Assembly: GCA_002328585.1 (NCBI GenBank)
Contig: DCUV01000032.1
Coordinates: 109,173 to 173,172, forward strand
DNA length: 64,000 nt
Direction of reading: 5' to 3'
Origin: Spirochaetia bacterium UBA2205
Lineage (GTDB): Bacteria > Spirochaetota > UBA4802 > UB4802
The translations under genes and the position numbers were made by a program. The notes beneath the pieces were generated by a model. It searched no databases. It was not told the DNA's origin and worked only from the letters and a program-made list of their open reading frames with translations. This document shows positions 22,568-34,098 of the stretch, piece after piece (position 1 is the stretch's first letter; each line of letters begins with the position of its first letter).

Positions 22568-24550
22568 TTACTTGCCCTGCAATTTTTTTGCATCATTGAT
22601 AAGTGTATCAACAACAGTTGGGTCAGCCAGCGTTGAAGTATCACCCATACCCGATTTTTCAAATTCGCCAGCAGCAATCTTCTTTAAGATTCGTCGCATA
22701 ATCTTCCCTGAACGAGTTTTTGGCAAAACATCTGCCCATTGAATCATTTCAGGTGTTGCAATAGGTCCAATCTCTTTACGGACATGAGCAACAAGCTCCT
22801 TCTTAAGTTCGTCACTCTTTTCTACACCAGTATTTAACGTTACAAACGCATAAATTGACTGTCCCTTAATCTCATGAGGATATCCAACCACAGCAGCTTC
22901 AGCTACTTTGGGATGTGCAACAAGAGCAGATTCTATCTCAGCAGTACCCATACGATGTCCAGATACGTTGATAACATCATCAACACGGCCTGTTATCTGA
23001 TAGTATCCATCTTTGTCCCGTTTAGAGCCATCACCTGTAAAGTACTTACCAGGAAACTGAGTAAAGTATGTATTAAAAAATCGTTCTGGATCTCCATAAA
23101 CTCCTCTCATCTGCCCTGGCCATGCTCTCTTTATACAAAGATTTCCGGTGCATACACCTTCAAGCTCTGTACCATTATCATCAACAATACATGGCTCCAC
23201 ACCAAAGAATGGTACTGTTGCCATAGCCGGTTTAATATCAATTGCTCCTGGTAGCGGAGTAATTAAAATACCGCCGGTTTCTGTCTGCCACCATGTATCA
23301 ACTATTGGACACTCACCCCTGCCTATCTTATGGTAATACCAGTTCCATGCCTCTGGATTAAGAGGTTCACCAACAGAACCTAATAGCTGAATGGAAGAAA
23401 TATCATGTTTGTCAACCCAGCTATCACCTTCTTTTGCTAACGCCCTGATAGCAGTTGGAGCTGTATAAAAGATATTTACTTTATATTTCTCAACAATTGC
23501 CCAGAATCTTCCAAAATCCGGATATGTGGGAACACCTTCAAACATAATGGTTGTTGCACCATTTGCCAGTGGTCCATATACAATATACGAGTGACCGGTT
23601 ACCCAGCCAACATCTGCTGTACACCAATAGATATCACCATCATGATAATCAAAAATAATTTTGTGAGTGTAAGCAACATAGGTTAAATATCCACCGGTGG
23701 TGTGCATTACACCTTTTGGTTTTCCTGTTGAACCTGATGTATAAAGAATAAACATTGGATCTTCTGCATCCATCTGTTCTGCCGGGCAGTTAGCATCTGC
23801 TTTAGCCATCTCTTCTTCATACCACTTATCCATCTTATCATTCCAGTTGACCTGAATCTTGCTGCCAACCCTCTTTACAACAATGTGCAAACGAACCGTT
23901 GGGCACTCAGCAATTGCTTTATCAGCAGTGTCTTTTTGGGGAACAGCTTTTGCTCCTCGGAAAGTACCGTCACATGATATCAGCACTTCAGATTTGCAGT
24001 CCTGAATTCGGTCACGCAGTGCTTCGGCAGAAAATCCGCCAAAAACTACTGAGTGAACTGCACCAATTCGTGTACAGGCTAAAATACCAATTGCAAGTTC
24101 CGGGATCATGGGGAGGAAGAATGTAACACGGTCACCTTTCTTTACACCATTCTTCTTTAATACATTGGCAAACTTACACACCTGCTCATGAAGCTCCTTA
24201 TACGTGAACTTCCTGTCTTCGGTTGGCTCATTGCCTTCCCAGATCAATGCGATCTGATTACCCCGTTTTTCAAGGTGTCTGTCCAGACAGTTGTATGATA
24301 CATTAACCTTACCATTTACAAACCATCGTACCCAGAGGTCCTTTGAAGTTGTACCATAATTGCAATCCATAACCTTGTCCCATTTTTTGAACCAGGTCAC
24401 GTATTCTTCTGCAATCTTGCCCCAGAACCCTTCTGGGTTAGCTAATGACTCTTTCCAGATCTTTTCGTACTCAGCCCGGCTCTTTATATACGCTTTTTTG
24501 CGGAATTTCTCTGGAACCGGGTAAATCTCTTTTAATGTAACTTCTGCCAT
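22568..24550 (-). CDS. acs: Acetyl-CoA synthetase (AMP-forming)
   Basis: [21 protein letters not shown] and [11 protein letters not shown] motifs. Confidence 0.98.
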   Translation of the reverse strand: MAEVTLKEIYPVPEKFRKKAYIKSRAEYEKIWKESLANPEGFWGKIAEEYVTWFKKWDKVMDCNYGTTSKDLWVRWFVNGKVNVSYNCLDRHLEKRGNQIALIWEGNEPTEDRKFTYKELHEQVCKFANVLKKNGVKKGDRVTFFLPMIPELAIGILACTRIGAVHSVVFGGFSAEALRDRIQDCKSEVLISCDGTFRGAKAVPQKDTADKAIAECPTVRLHIVVKRVGSKIQVNWNDKMDKWYEEEMAKADANCPAEQMDAEDPMFILYTSGSTGKPKGVMHTTGGYLTYVAYTHKIIFDYHDGDIYWCTADVGWVTGHSYIVYGPLANGATTIMFEGVPTYPDFGRFWAIVEKYKVNIFYTAPTAIRALAKEGDSWVDKHDISSIQLLGSVGEPLNPEAWNWYYHKIGRGECPIVDTWWQTETGGILITPLPGAIDIKPAMATVPFFGVEPCIVDDNGTELEGVCTGNLCIKRAWPGQMRGVYGDPERFFNTYFTQFPGKYFTGDGSKRDKDGYYQITGRVDDVINVSGHRMGTAEIESALVAHPKVAEAAVVGYPHEIKGQSIYAFVTLNTGVEKSDELKKELVAHVRKEIGPIATPEMIQWADVLPKTRSGKIMRRILKKIAAGEFEKSGMGDTSTLADPTVVDTLINDAKKLQGK

Positions 24551-24615
24551 CTATTACCTCCGATGTTTATATTGTAATATGCACATTATGGGCTCCGCTT
24601 ACAACGGTTTACCCT

Positions 24616-25215
24616 TTAAGCATTCTTAATTTGTTCTTTTAAATATGTAGCAATCATTGAATCGTACTGTGATGTCAACTCAAAAACTTTGATTGCCAGC
24701 CTAAAATTTGTTTCTTCTGACACACATCCATCATTCAATTTCATCTCGCTTAAGACAGAATCATAATCTTCAGGGTCAACAATAACGGTTACATATTTAT
24801 AATTTTTAGCAGATGATCTAAGCATTGCAGGTCCGCCAATATCTATATTTTCAATTGCCTCGTCAAGGGTACATCCTCTGGAAATTGTCTGTTGAAATGG
24901 GTAAAGATTAATCACCACCATATCAATGGGTATTATACCATGTTTCTGCATTGCTTCTATATGTTCAGGATTATCACGCAATCCCAATAGCGCACCGTGT
25001 ATTTTTGGATGGAGCGTCTTTACCCTCCCATCCATCATTTCCGGAAACCCGGTGTAATCTGAAACTTCAGTAGCATCAATACCATTATCCCTGAGAAGCC
25101 TGGCAGTGCCTCCTGTAGACAAAATTGCAACACCACCATTATTGAGCTTTTTAGCAAACGGTATTATCCCCGACTTATCAGACAAACTTATCAATGCTCT
25201 TTTGATTGCAGTCAT
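24616..25215 (-). CDS. purH: Stand-alone IMP cyclohydrolase (PurH N-terminal MGS-like domain only)
   Basis: [25 protein letters not shown] and ENIDIGG motifs; ends at 199 aa with no transformylase domain. Confidence 0.88.
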   Translation of the reverse strand: MTAIKRALISLSDKSGIIPFAKKLNNGGVAILSTGGTARLLRDNGIDATEVSDYTGFPEMMDGRVKTLHPKIHGALLGLRDNPEHIEAMQKHGIIPIDMVVINLYPFQQTISRGCTLDEAIENIDIGGPAMLRSSAKNYKYVTVIVDPEDYDSVLSEMKLNDGCVSEETNFRLAIKVFELTSQYDSMIATYLKEQIKNA

Positions 25216-25598
25216 TTAAATCCTATTAAACATTTTAAATTAAACTAAAACTAATTTTTATTGTATTACTATGAATATGACCATTTGAATAATCACCTTG
25301 AAAAATACAAGCATTTTTTAAAAATGAACAAAACCTGTATAATTTAACAGATTTTAATACAACGCTTGGTATATTTTTGTGAATGTTAATCCTCCTATTT
25401 TGATTAGTAGTACCTCACAAAAAATCATTATTTAGCTGTCAACAATTGTTCATCATATTAATCTAAAATCCCTCCCCACAAACAGATTATTCAGATAATG
25501 TTATCCAGCAGCATACCCTTGATGCCATGATAGACCTTTGGTTATCTTCCATTTGCTATATCTATTTCATGTTGCTAAATAAATTTTTTATTTTATTG

Positions 25599-25655
25599 TT
25601 GACGATAGCCTATTATAGTATTATTTTATACTAAAATAGTATAAAAGTATAAAAT
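25599..25655 (+). promoter_or_regulatory. sigma70-like promoter and probable TetR operator
   Basis: TTGACG (25599)-17 nt-TATTTT (25622); perfect inverted repeat TTTTATACT-N5-AGTATAAAA (25624-25646) overlapping the -10/+1 region just upstream of the TetR gene. Confidence 0.6.
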
Positions 25656-25664
25656 GATACCATT

Positions 25665-26240
25665 ATGATAAAACGAAAACAACAACAGATTCTTCGCACT
25701 GCTGAGATTATGTTCAACAGGTTTGGGGTAAAAAAAACAGCCGTTGATGATATTGCCCATGATGCACGGGTTGCAAAGGCAACTATCTATAATTATTTTG
25801 GCAGTAAAGAGGGATTGCTCAAAGCGTTGATTCTGGAAAAGATACAGCAATTCGATCAAAAATTACAGGAGCTCCTTACTGCAAACACTCAACCCATTGA
25901 AAAAATGAAAACATTGATCAGGGAGCATATTCAGCTTTTTATTAACAATCCATTTATTAAAGACTCTTCACTCCACGATGAGGATTTTTCTGAAGAACTC
26001 AATGTAAGTGAACAGCATATTTTACAAAAGATCATTTCTGAAGCTTCAAAAGCAGGTTTATTGCATAATGCAAATAGTCAGCAGATCATCAATGCCATGC
26101 AGCTTTTCCTGAAAGGTATTGAAGCAACATTAAAAAACAGCATTACCTATTCCTTAGATTCTTTAGAGTCAAGTATTGATTTTATCTCCAATTCAATATT
26201 TAAAACTAACAAAATAAATGGAGGCAAAACCAATGCATGA
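25665..26240 (+). CDS. TetR/AcrR family transcriptional regulator
   Basis: N-terminal HTH GVKKTAVDDIAHDARVAKATIYNYFGSKE. Confidence 0.93.
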   Translation: MIKRKQQQILRTAEIMFNRFGVKKTAVDDIAHDARVAKATIYNYFGSKEGLLKALILEKIQQFDQKLQELLTANTQPIEKMKTLIREHIQLFINNPFIKDSSLHDEDFSEELNVSEQHILQKIISEASKAGLLHNANSQQIINAMQLFLKGIEATLKNSITYSLDSLESSIDFISNSIFKTNKINGGKTNA

Positions 26241-26976
26241 TTATCAGCTGATGCTGTTTGAGTTTATCATCTTTTCTACAGCAGGGTGGCTGTTAGAAGT
26301 TATCTATCGTTCGCTCAATAATAAAATATTTGTAAATCCAGGTTTTTTAACGGGACCATATCTTCCCATTTACGGAATAGGTGCAGTTATCATAACAACT
26401 ATCGCCTATGCAACTATTTCTGTTTCCATTATCTATAAATTTTTGATCTATTTTGCAGCATTGAGTATACTGGAATATGTATCAGGGGTGTTACTATATA
26501 TTCTGTTTGGCAAGCGTTACTGGAATTATTTAGATGAACCACTGAATATACAGGGATTTGTATGTTTACCATTTTCAATTATCTGGGGGTTGCTTGCACT
26601 GTCATTTGAATATGCACTGCTCCCAATGTTTATACATTTTTATACCACCATACCTGCAGCTCTGGTAAATACTATAGTTTTTTCAGGCTTAACCATAATG
26701 ATGATAGATTGCCTGCTTACGCATAATGTTGTGCAAAAGATTATTAATGCAAAAAAAGCTCCTTTTTTCTTTCAGCATACATTGCCTATACGTTTTCAGA
26801 ATGATGCTCTCATTACATTACGTTATTTTTTTGATAATGCCATTTCTTATCGAAAAAAAATAAATAAAATGATACCGCCAAAACCATTACGTATGGTAAT
26901 CAGTATCAAGGAACGTTACGCCTTGCTCCTTCAAAGCATAACAAAAATGCTTAATAATCATAATAAATATAAATAA
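26233..26976 (+). CDS. Membrane protein, CmpB/TMEM229 ('putative ABC transporter permease') family
   Basis: GWLLEVIY, GFLTGPYLPIYG and WNY.D..LNIQG.VCL motifs; GGAGG RBS before ATG 26233. Confidence 0.8.
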   Translation: MHDYQLMLFEFIIFSTAGWLLEVIYRSLNNKIFVNPGFLTGPYLPIYGIGAVIITTIAYATISVSIIYKFLIYFAALSILEYVSGVLLYILFGKRYWNYLDEPLNIQGFVCLPFSIIWGLLALSFEYALLPMFIHFYTTIPAALVNTIVFSGLTIMMIDCLLTHNVVQKIINAKKAPFFFQHTLPIRFQNDALITLRYFFDNAISYRKKINKMIPPKPLRMVISIKERYALLLQSITKMLNNHNKYK

Positions 26977-26978
26977 CT

Positions 26979-27500
26979 ATGGAAACCAAACTATTTGAGT
27001 CATTACCATTTGTGCAGGATATCCTGTCGCATCCTGCATTTAATACCTTGAAAAATTTTGCTCATCATGGCACAATCAGTTGCTATCAGCATACCATTGC
27101 AGTTGCACAATTAGCGTATCAATTATCACGATTACTGCATCTGGATTATATCGCTGCAACACGGGGTGCATTGCTGCATGACTTCTATATGTACAACTGG
27201 CGCACTGGCGGTCCACGCCTGCATGGTTTACGCCATCCACACATAGCGCTTAACAATGCTGCAAAACATTTTGATATATCGAAAAAAGAAAAAGATATCA
27301 TCCTTAAACATATGTGGCCACTAACCCCGATACCACCTCGCTATGGTGAATCATGGGTGGTTACCTTCGTTGATAAGATAGTATCGCTCAGTGATTATGC
27401 ACGAGTCATCAAAGATAAGATGGCAGCTGTGAATATTTATTTTTATCACAAGCTAAACAAATTGTGGAGAGCTATCGCCCCCTTCCAATCAGAGCAATGA
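26979..27500 (+). CDS. HD-domain phosphohydrolase
   Basis: HH...H, ALLHDFY, HG.RHP, KHMWP and VDK motifs. Confidence 0.85.
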   Translation: METKLFESLPFVQDILSHPAFNTLKNFAHHGTISCYQHTIAVAQLAYQLSRLLHLDYIAATRGALLHDFYMYNWRTGGPRLHGLRHPHIALNNAAKHFDISKKEKDIILKHMWPLTPIPPRYGESWVVTFVDKIVSLSDYARVIKDKMAAVNIYFYHKLNKLWRAIAPFQSEQ

Positions 27501-28635
27501 CAGGCAATCCACCATTGTTAAATTGTATCTCTTTTGTTACAGGAACAGTAAAGGTATGCCGCAGTGTTACAGGGATGATAATGCAAAAGCTCCATGCAGG
27601 ATACCAGTATTCAAAAATATACGATAGTCTGCTATATATTGCCGCTATGTCATCATCAGCTATTCGCTTTCCATAAGGAGGATTCATTGCACACAAGATA
27701 TGTTTCCCTTCAAGCGTTAATTTTTCAGTAAGAAAATCACCACTATAGGTAACCATTGCAGCACCAGGTATAGTACAATTTTTTTTGGCGATAGTAACCA
27801 TTGAAGGGTCCCTGTCGCCGGCAACTATTGTTGCACCATGGCTTTCCCTGTTTATTGATGATACCAGTGAATGGCATGCCTCTTTTCTGAATGATGGCCA
27901 GTGCATAAAGGCAAAACCACGATTTATCCCTGGAAAAAAATTATTTACCATACACCATGCTTCAATAGGGAATGTTCCGCTGCCACACATTGGATCAATG
28001 ATAACATCATAGCTGGTTATATCGCATTCATACAGCAATGCTGCTGCTATCGTTTCCCGCAATGGTGCCCGCCCAACGTGCTGCTTATATCCTCTCTTAT
28101 ACAACGGATCACCGGTTGTATCCAGACTGACACCACACTGGTCATGATCAAACCGTACATAAATTGTTTGTGCACGGAGCTGGTCAGTATTGATGTGCAG
28201 TCCAAAATCACTCATTCTCTTTTCTACGGCGTTAAGCACTTCTTCACCAATTCTATCGGTATGATGCAGCTTTGATTTGTGAACCGATACTTCAACAGTA
28301 ATAGACGTCTCACTGCTTATATATAGTTCCCATGGAAAATTTCTTAGTGTGCGATAAATCTCATTAAAGTGCAGAGCCCTGAATTCTGTTAAGCGCATGA
28401 TGATACGTGTCGCAACACGGCTAAACATATTTGCTTTATAGCTATCGTAAAGATATCCGCGGAATACTATCCCACCTTTTGTAATAGCCAGCGGTTTGAT
28501 GTCCATGTGTGATAGCTCATTGAATGCAATCTGTTCAAAGCCAGGCTGAACAATTGTAAAAAATGTATGAATCCGCTTAATTACATGATGATACACCCTC
28601 CGTTGTATTGCTTTTTGTGAATTGGACAGTTGCAT
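27472..28635 (-). CDS. THUMP-domain RNA methyltransferase (RlmL-like)
   Basis: LYKRGY, APLRETIAAALL, DPMCGSGT and NPPYG motifs. Confidence 0.88.
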   Translation of the reverse strand: MQLSNSQKAIQRRVYHHVIKRIHTFFTIVQPGFEQIAFNELSHMDIKPLAITKGGIVFRGYLYDSYKANMFSRVATRIIMRLTEFRALHFNEIYRTLRNFPWELYISSETSITVEVSVHKSKLHHTDRIGEEVLNAVEKRMSDFGLHINTDQLRAQTIYVRFDHDQCGVSLDTTGDPLYKRGYKQHVGRAPLRETIAAALLYECDITSYDVIIDPMCGSGTFPIEAWCMVNNFFPGINRGFAFMHWPSFRKEACHSLVSSINRESHGATIVAGDRDPSMVTIAKKNCTIPGAAMVTYSGDFLTEKLTLEGKHILCAMNPPYGKRIADDDIAAIYSRLSYIFEYWYPAWSFCIIIPVTLRHTFTVPVTKEIQFNNGGLPVIALIGRGR

Positions 28636-28637
28636 AA

Positions 28638-29777
28638 TTATGTTCTGTCAAATACAGCCAGAAGTTCTACATGCTGAGTCTGAGGAAACATATCATACGC
28701 CTTGCAAAATTGCAATGTATACTCCTGCATTATTGCTCCCGCATCGGAAGCAAATGTTACAGGATTGCACGACATATACACAATCCTTTTAGCATGGATA
28801 TCCAGAAGTTTTTGCACTACCTTTTGTTCCAATCCCGTTCGTGGTGGGTCAACAACTATGACATCAAACTTATCAGAATGCGTGCTGAAATAATTCATGG
28901 CATCTGATTCAATAAACACAGCATTGGGTACTGCATTTATCAATGCATTTTCTTTGGCAATCATTACTGCTTCAGGATTACACTCTACCCCGGTAACAGT
29001 TTCAACATTATTTGCTATAAAAAGGCTAATACTTCCTACGCCACAGTATATATCAAGAGCTCTGCCATAAACATGCTTTGCAATCTCCGTATACATCATC
29101 TGTGTAACATGGGTGTTAGCCTGAAAAAACGAATTGGGGGTAATACGGTAGCAAATCCTGTTAAGCTTTTCTTCTATGTATCCCTGTTTTATATCCTCAA
29201 TCACCCTTCCATAACTAAGATCAGTCAATCCATCATTTAATACCAGTGACATGGAAGTAACCCTATCAGCTATTGCATCAATTATCGCTTTACAATTATT
29301 TTCATGCCGCGCAACAACAAAATTAACCATCACCTGCCCTGTATTAAATCCTTCACGTAAAACAATATATCGCAGATACCCCCTATGGGTATGATAATCG
29401 TAATCCTCAATACCTGCCAGCTTTTGCCGTATTGTTGCAAAGAGTGCTCTGCTACTATTTTGTAATAGCAGACAATCTTCCAGATCAACAACATGACGCC
29501 AGTTGCCCCGTTTTCTAAGTCCCATCCTGCCAAAAGCAGTTACATAATCCATTCGATTGCGATACCCCAATGGACGTGATGGTATCACTTCTTCAATGGA
29601 TACTATACCTTCAAGCACTTTATTACAATAGTCTTTTTTGATCAACAACTGAGCATCATAGTTAATATGTTGCAATAGACAACCGCCACACTCACCAGCA
29701 TGCTGACAGGATGGCGATACATGTTTATCTGCATACTGCTGTGCAACAGTGTATAAAAGCTTAGGATGTTTTTTCAA
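28638..29777 (-). CDS. rlmD: 23S rRNA m5U methyltransferase (RlmD/TrmA family)
   Basis: C.....CGGC Fe-S motif, SFFQAN, DIYCGVG, VDPPR, YMSCNP and DMFPQT.HVE motifs. Confidence 0.88.
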   Translation of the reverse strand: MKKHPKLLYTVAQQYADKHVSPSCQHAGECGGCLLQHINYDAQLLIKKDYCNKVLEGIVSIEEVIPSRPLGYRNRMDYVTAFGRMGLRKRGNWRHVVDLEDCLLLQNSSRALFATIRQKLAGIEDYDYHTHRGYLRYIVLREGFNTGQVMVNFVVARHENNCKAIIDAIADRVTSMSLVLNDGLTDLSYGRVIEDIKQGYIEEKLNRICYRITPNSFFQANTHVTQMMYTEIAKHVYGRALDIYCGVGSISLFIANNVETVTGVECNPEAVMIAKENALINAVPNAVFIESDAMNYFSTHSDKFDVIVVDPPRTGLEQKVVQKLLDIHAKRIVYMSCNPVTFASDAGAIMQEYTLQFCKAYDMFPQTQHVELLAVFDRT

Positions 29778-29783
29778 TGTTTT

Positions 29784-31349
29784 CTACTCCAAACCTGTAA
29801 TCTGCACATTGTCAGGGTACTCAACTGTAAAATGAACTTTTAACTCCTTTTTCTGGTTAGAACCAAGGACAACATTCCATGTTACTTTCCCCTGACTATC
29901 GATAGTTGCCCCAATAGTATCTTTGTTTACAAGAATGACTTCAATTTTTTCATTTTGCGACACAGGAATGGTATCCTGAACTGTTACCGTTATATCACGC
30001 TTTTTTCCATTATTCAGTGTAATTGAATACACATACTCAATACGTTTTGTTTTGTTCACTATTCCCTTATATTCAGTTTTTTTGCTTACAAGCTTACGCT
30101 CTACCGCTATACTTTCATCGACACCCAATCCAATGGTTACGGTTTCTTTCGGAACATATATCTTATTAAGGCTAAACGAGTTTACATATTTGCCATCTAA
30201 ATAAACAGTCACACTCCCACTCTGGAGGGGAAAATCAAATGGATTTACAAATTCCCCCTCTAACATGATATATGCTAAAATTTTAGGAATGGTAGTGTAT
30301 CGTAATGTACAACCTGTAACCGAGCTGGCAATAGCAAGCTTATAACGATTTCCATCAGAAGGTATTGTTTTATGCCCTTTAACAAGAAATGAAATAGCTA
30401 TCGCCTCCTGTTGCATTTCAGGCATTTCTTCGGGAGAAGGTGCTCGAGACAATGCATCTTCATCCTGTACTGCCATGCTTTTTGCAGACTCTTTATAATA
30501 CACAGGTCGATAAATATCCAGGTACCATGGATTTAGCTGAGGAAGTTGTGTTGCCACAAAGGGTTTTGCCGTCGATAGCTCCACTGCAACATTGTTCCAG
30601 TCTTCACCGGTATTTTGAGCAACAAGGGCATTGCATGTTATATCTGTAGTAGATTTTTCTGTATCTGTCCGCATGTCATATTCCATATCCCAGCCAGCAT
30701 TACCAGTGATATATTGTAAAAGTACTGTTGCATTGTTGTTCCCTGTATTGTATACAGTTAATTTCAGCGTTTTACTTGCCTCATTTGTGTTGAGCAGTGC
30801 CAGTTCTTTTTCCAGACGCTCTTTTTCCTGATTGAGCTTTTGCAGTGCTTGCTGTAACTTTGCTATTTTGATATAACTTTGATTGGAATATTGCTCAATC
30901 AATTGTAATATAGAATTCATTTCAGCAGCGGTCATCTTTATGGAAAATGGCGAAGTACTGCCTTTCTTGATATATTCCAGCACTGAATTAATTGAAGCAA
31001 TCTCATTCTGTTTTCCTGTTATATCATCCTTTATTGCGTTTAGCTTTTCCAAAACTGTATTAATACGTTTTGCGTCGCCCTTTTGCAAATAGGTTGTCTC
31101 TAATCGTACATCCTGCAAAACAGCATCCTTCACAATAACCTGCACAGATTCATCAACCATTGCAGCAGGTAAGTTTGTGATGACAATTTCATTTACCGCT
31201 TTATTCAGCGTCATCTTTGCTTCTTTTTTAATCATAGCACTATCATGGTATACGATTACCTTTGATATTTCTGGCTTTATTGTCTCGGCATAAAGAATAT
31301 TAATGCTCATGAAACAGATAATCATTGAACCAATACAATATTTTTTCAT
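29784..31349 (-). CDS. Secreted DUF4140/DUF4139 (MuiA-like) protein
   Basis: Signal peptide, coiled coil, QNTGEDW..V.VELST and LGVDESI.VER motifs. Confidence 0.8.
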   Translation of the reverse strand: MKKYCIGSMIICFMSINILYAETIKPEISKVIVYHDSAMIKKEAKMTLNKAVNEIVITNLPAAMVDESVQVIVKDAVLQDVRLETTYLQKGDAKRINTVLEKLNAIKDDITGKQNEIASINSVLEYIKKGSTSPFSIKMTAAEMNSILQLIEQYSNQSYIKIAKLQQALQKLNQEKERLEKELALLNTNEASKTLKLTVYNTGNNNATVLLQYITGNAGWDMEYDMRTDTEKSTTDITCNALVAQNTGEDWNNVAVELSTAKPFVATQLPQLNPWYLDIYRPVYYKESAKSMAVQDEDALSRAPSPEEMPEMQQEAIAISFLVKGHKTIPSDGNRYKLAIASSVTGCTLRYTTIPKILAYIMLEGEFVNPFDFPLQSGSVTVYLDGKYVNSFSLNKIYVPKETVTIGLGVDESIAVERKLVSKKTEYKGIVNKTKRIEYVYSITLNNGKKRDITVTVQDTIPVSQNEKIEVILVNKDTIGATIDSQGKVTWNVVLGSNQKKELKVHFTVEYPDNVQITGLE

Positions 31350-31465
31350 ACATTCGCTCCTTATATAATTTAATATCGTTTTTAACTATCATGATGATGC
31401 ATATTGTCTGCTACCATGGCAGGATTTTTTGAACCTCTCTTTGTACGATAGTTCCTTAAATACTG

Positions 31466-32257
31466 TCATCGTTGCACTCGTATCTGTGCAATCTGCCGTG
31501 AGAGCAGCACAAGCCTTTCTTCTTCATCCCATATTTCGCCATCTGTTTCAAGTAATCCATTGGTAATGAACCGTGTACGCGAATAAAACTTTAACCACTG
31601 TGAGTGAGGCATATTACGTATATTAATTGACAACTCAATCGTTGGAACCCATGCAACAAGTCCTAAACTTACAAATACTGCCGGGGGTATTACATCTGCC
31701 ATAAGCAAAAGTGCAGGGATATCATATATTCTTTCTTCACAAAATGCAAGCCATCCTTTTTGAATTGATTTATCACGTAAATTCCCATATATCCAACCCG
31801 ATGAATAGGGATCAAGCCGTATAGCAACATTGGATAAGACTCGAAACGCTGGCGTCTCAGGAAGTGGAAGACAATCCTGTATAGCAGCTACATCAGGTGA
31901 TTTGCATTCATATCTTTCAATATACTGGTCATTGTTATTACTGCCAAACGTTCCCCACGCTCTTATTTTTTCATTACCCTGCTGAAACAAGCTTGCCTGG
32001 TACCTATTAAATTGTGAAGACTGCCCAAAGCATTCAATATTTACATTAGCTTCTCCAGGCTTGCAACGTTGTATATAATTTGCTGTTATGATAGGAGTTG
32101 TTTTCTTATCACTTTGTCGTAGCATTGCATTGCTCAACAATGCAATAAGATAACCACCATTAGGGATAGTATTAATTAACCAATTCTCTGAGATAGTTGC
32201 TTTAAATGCATTGTTGCCTGTTTCAACAAGGGCGATATCCTGATCAAAAATATGCAT
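31466..32257 (-). CDS. Acyl-CoA thioesterase family protein (double hotdog)
   Basis: PNGGY, ADVIPP, WVPTIELS and DGEIWD..LSRQ motifs. Confidence 0.82.
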   Translation of the reverse strand: MHIFDQDIALVETGNNAFKATISENWLINTIPNGGYLIALLSNAMLRQSDKKTTPIITANYIQRCKPGEANVNIECFGQSSQFNRYQASLFQQGNEKIRAWGTFGSNNNDQYIERYECKSPDVAAIQDCLPLPETPAFRVLSNVAIRLDPYSSGWIYGNLRDKSIQKGWLAFCEERIYDIPALLLMADVIPPAVFVSLGLVAWVPTIELSINIRNMPHSQWLKFYSRTRFITNGLLETDGEIWDEEERLVLLSRQIAQIRVQR

Positions 32258-32525
32258 ATGTTGTCCACACTTTTAACATTATGTAAAAAAAGTATCGTGA
32301 TATAATCTTCCAACTATTTCTATTTGACAATTTTTATAACGTATCATCACCATGGTAGCTCAATATTTATTTTTTGTCATTTTAATACCAGTATAACTAT
32401 TATTTAAAGCTTTTTTTATGATTGCTATCAAGTCGTTACATCATCATTATACCATATGATGTTCGTTACCAAACACTACCTTTTATTGCAAACTATGAAC
32501 GGTTAAACATATAGCATAAAAAAAT

Positions 32526-33923
32526 ATGAAAAAAAGATTACCATCATTTTTTGAATGCATTGCCCTGCTAACAATTACGATTGCCTTGCTTTTTGCAGGA
32601 ACAGTACTATTTAAAATACCGATACCGCTGTTGCTCATCGTTGCAGCATCAATTTCAGGTGTTAAAAGTTATCTATTAGGACACAGCTGGGCGGAGATTG
32701 AAGGGAGTATCGTCAATGGCATAAAAGGGACACTGCCTGCAATCATGATACTCATGACAGTAGGAATACTATCAGGTAGTTTTATTGCATCAGGAACTAT
32801 TCCTTTACTCATTGATTACGGACTAAAACTCATACATCCGGGATGGATTTTACCCGCCGCATATATTGTTTGCAGTATAAGCAGTCTTGTCATTGGAAGT
32901 TCATGGACAACCGCAGCAACTGTTGGTGTAGCTCTGGTTGGGATGGCAAATGCAATGCATGTTTCGCCAGCTATATGTGCTGGTGCTGTTGTATCAGGTG
33001 CTTATTTTGGCGACAAACTATCACCTCTTTCTGATACAACCAATTTAGCACCTGGAGTATCTGATACAGATTTATTTTCCCATATCAGAGCTATGATGTT
33101 TACTACAATCCCCGCGTGGGTGCTTGCTTTTATTGGCTTTTTGATTATAAACATGTATAGTGTTCCCAACAACAATACCCAATCAGAGCAAATCGTATCA
33201 TTACTACAAACTTTAGAAACTTCTTTTAATTTGAATCCTATTGTCATAACTCCACTTATGCTTGTCATTATAATGGCATTATGTAAATTTCCAGCCGTTG
33301 TAATCCTGTTATCCGGGAGTACTGTCGCCATCCTGTTTGGCTGGCTGGTACAATCACAAAATTTACTTTTTGTTTTACAATCATCATACTCTGGATTTGT
33401 TATTCATACCAACAATGAGATCATCAATAATCTATTAAATCGTGGCGGTATACTCAGTTTTCTAGAAACAACCCTTATCATACTATGCGCAACAGGTCTG
33501 GGTGGCATATGGGAAAGCGGTGGATATATTACATCCATTCACGATAATATTCTTCATAAGATCAAAACAGACAAAATGCTTATTATCTCCACTGTTTTAA
33601 CTGCAATTATTTCAAATATTATTATGGCTGAACAGTATTTATCAATTGTTATGACAGGGCGAATATATAAAGATGCCTACAAAAGGAAAAATCTTGAGCC
33701 ATATATGCTTTCCCGCTCTCTTGAGGATGGTGGTACCGTTACATCCGCGCTTGTACCATGGAATTCATGCGGCGCTTTCATGAGCTCCGCATTAGGTGTT
33801 TCCACACTACACTATTTACCCTATGCATTATTTAATCTCATTATGCCTGTTGTTGCAATAGTATTTACAGCTTTGGGCTTTTTTATCTATAAGAAAACCA
33901 ATATAAAACAGCACAATAAATGA
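32526..33923 (+). CDS. nhaC: Na+/H+ antiporter NhaC family
   Basis: GSSWTT, GAYFGDKLSPLSDTT and SRSLEDGGT..LVPW motifs. Confidence 0.92.
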   Translation: MKKRLPSFFECIALLTITIALLFAGTVLFKIPIPLLLIVAASISGVKSYLLGHSWAEIEGSIVNGIKGTLPAIMILMTVGILSGSFIASGTIPLLIDYGLKLIHPGWILPAAYIVCSISSLVIGSSWTTAATVGVALVGMANAMHVSPAICAGAVVSGAYFGDKLSPLSDTTNLAPGVSDTDLFSHIRAMMFTTIPAWVLAFIGFLIINMYSVPNNNTQSEQIVSLLQTLETSFNLNPIVITPLMLVIIMALCKFPAVVILLSGSTVAILFGWLVQSQNLLFVLQSSYSGFVIHTNNEIINNLLNRGGILSFLETTLIILCATGLGGIWESGGYITSIHDNILHKIKTDKMLIISTVLTAIISNIIMAEQYLSIVMTGRIYKDAYKRKNLEPYMLSRSLEDGGTVTSALVPWNSCGAFMSSALGVSTLHYLPYALFNLIMPVVAIVFTALGFFIYKKTNIKQHNK

Positions 33924-34098
33924 TACAATAATAAGATAATAGTCTAAATGGCACAATTGTTTTATATGAAGGCAAAGGTTCACGTGCAAATACTTCATAT
34001 CATTGCTGCACGATACACTGTACAATATTTTTTATAAAGAGCATACATGGATATATCATAATTAATAAAAATCTTAGAAACTGTGATGAGGAGCTGTC

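Noticed and set aside
24585..24615. Minus-strand GGGTAAACCGTTGTAAGCGGAGCCC upstream of acs, resembling the P2 arm of a c-di-GMP-I riboswitch
   Set aside because: The GCAAA junction and P3 tetraloop receptor are missing, and the 65-nt spacer is too short for a full aptamer.
25216..25560. Possible ZTP or SAM riboswitch upstream of purH
   Set aside because: No consensus aptamer core recognisable on either strand.
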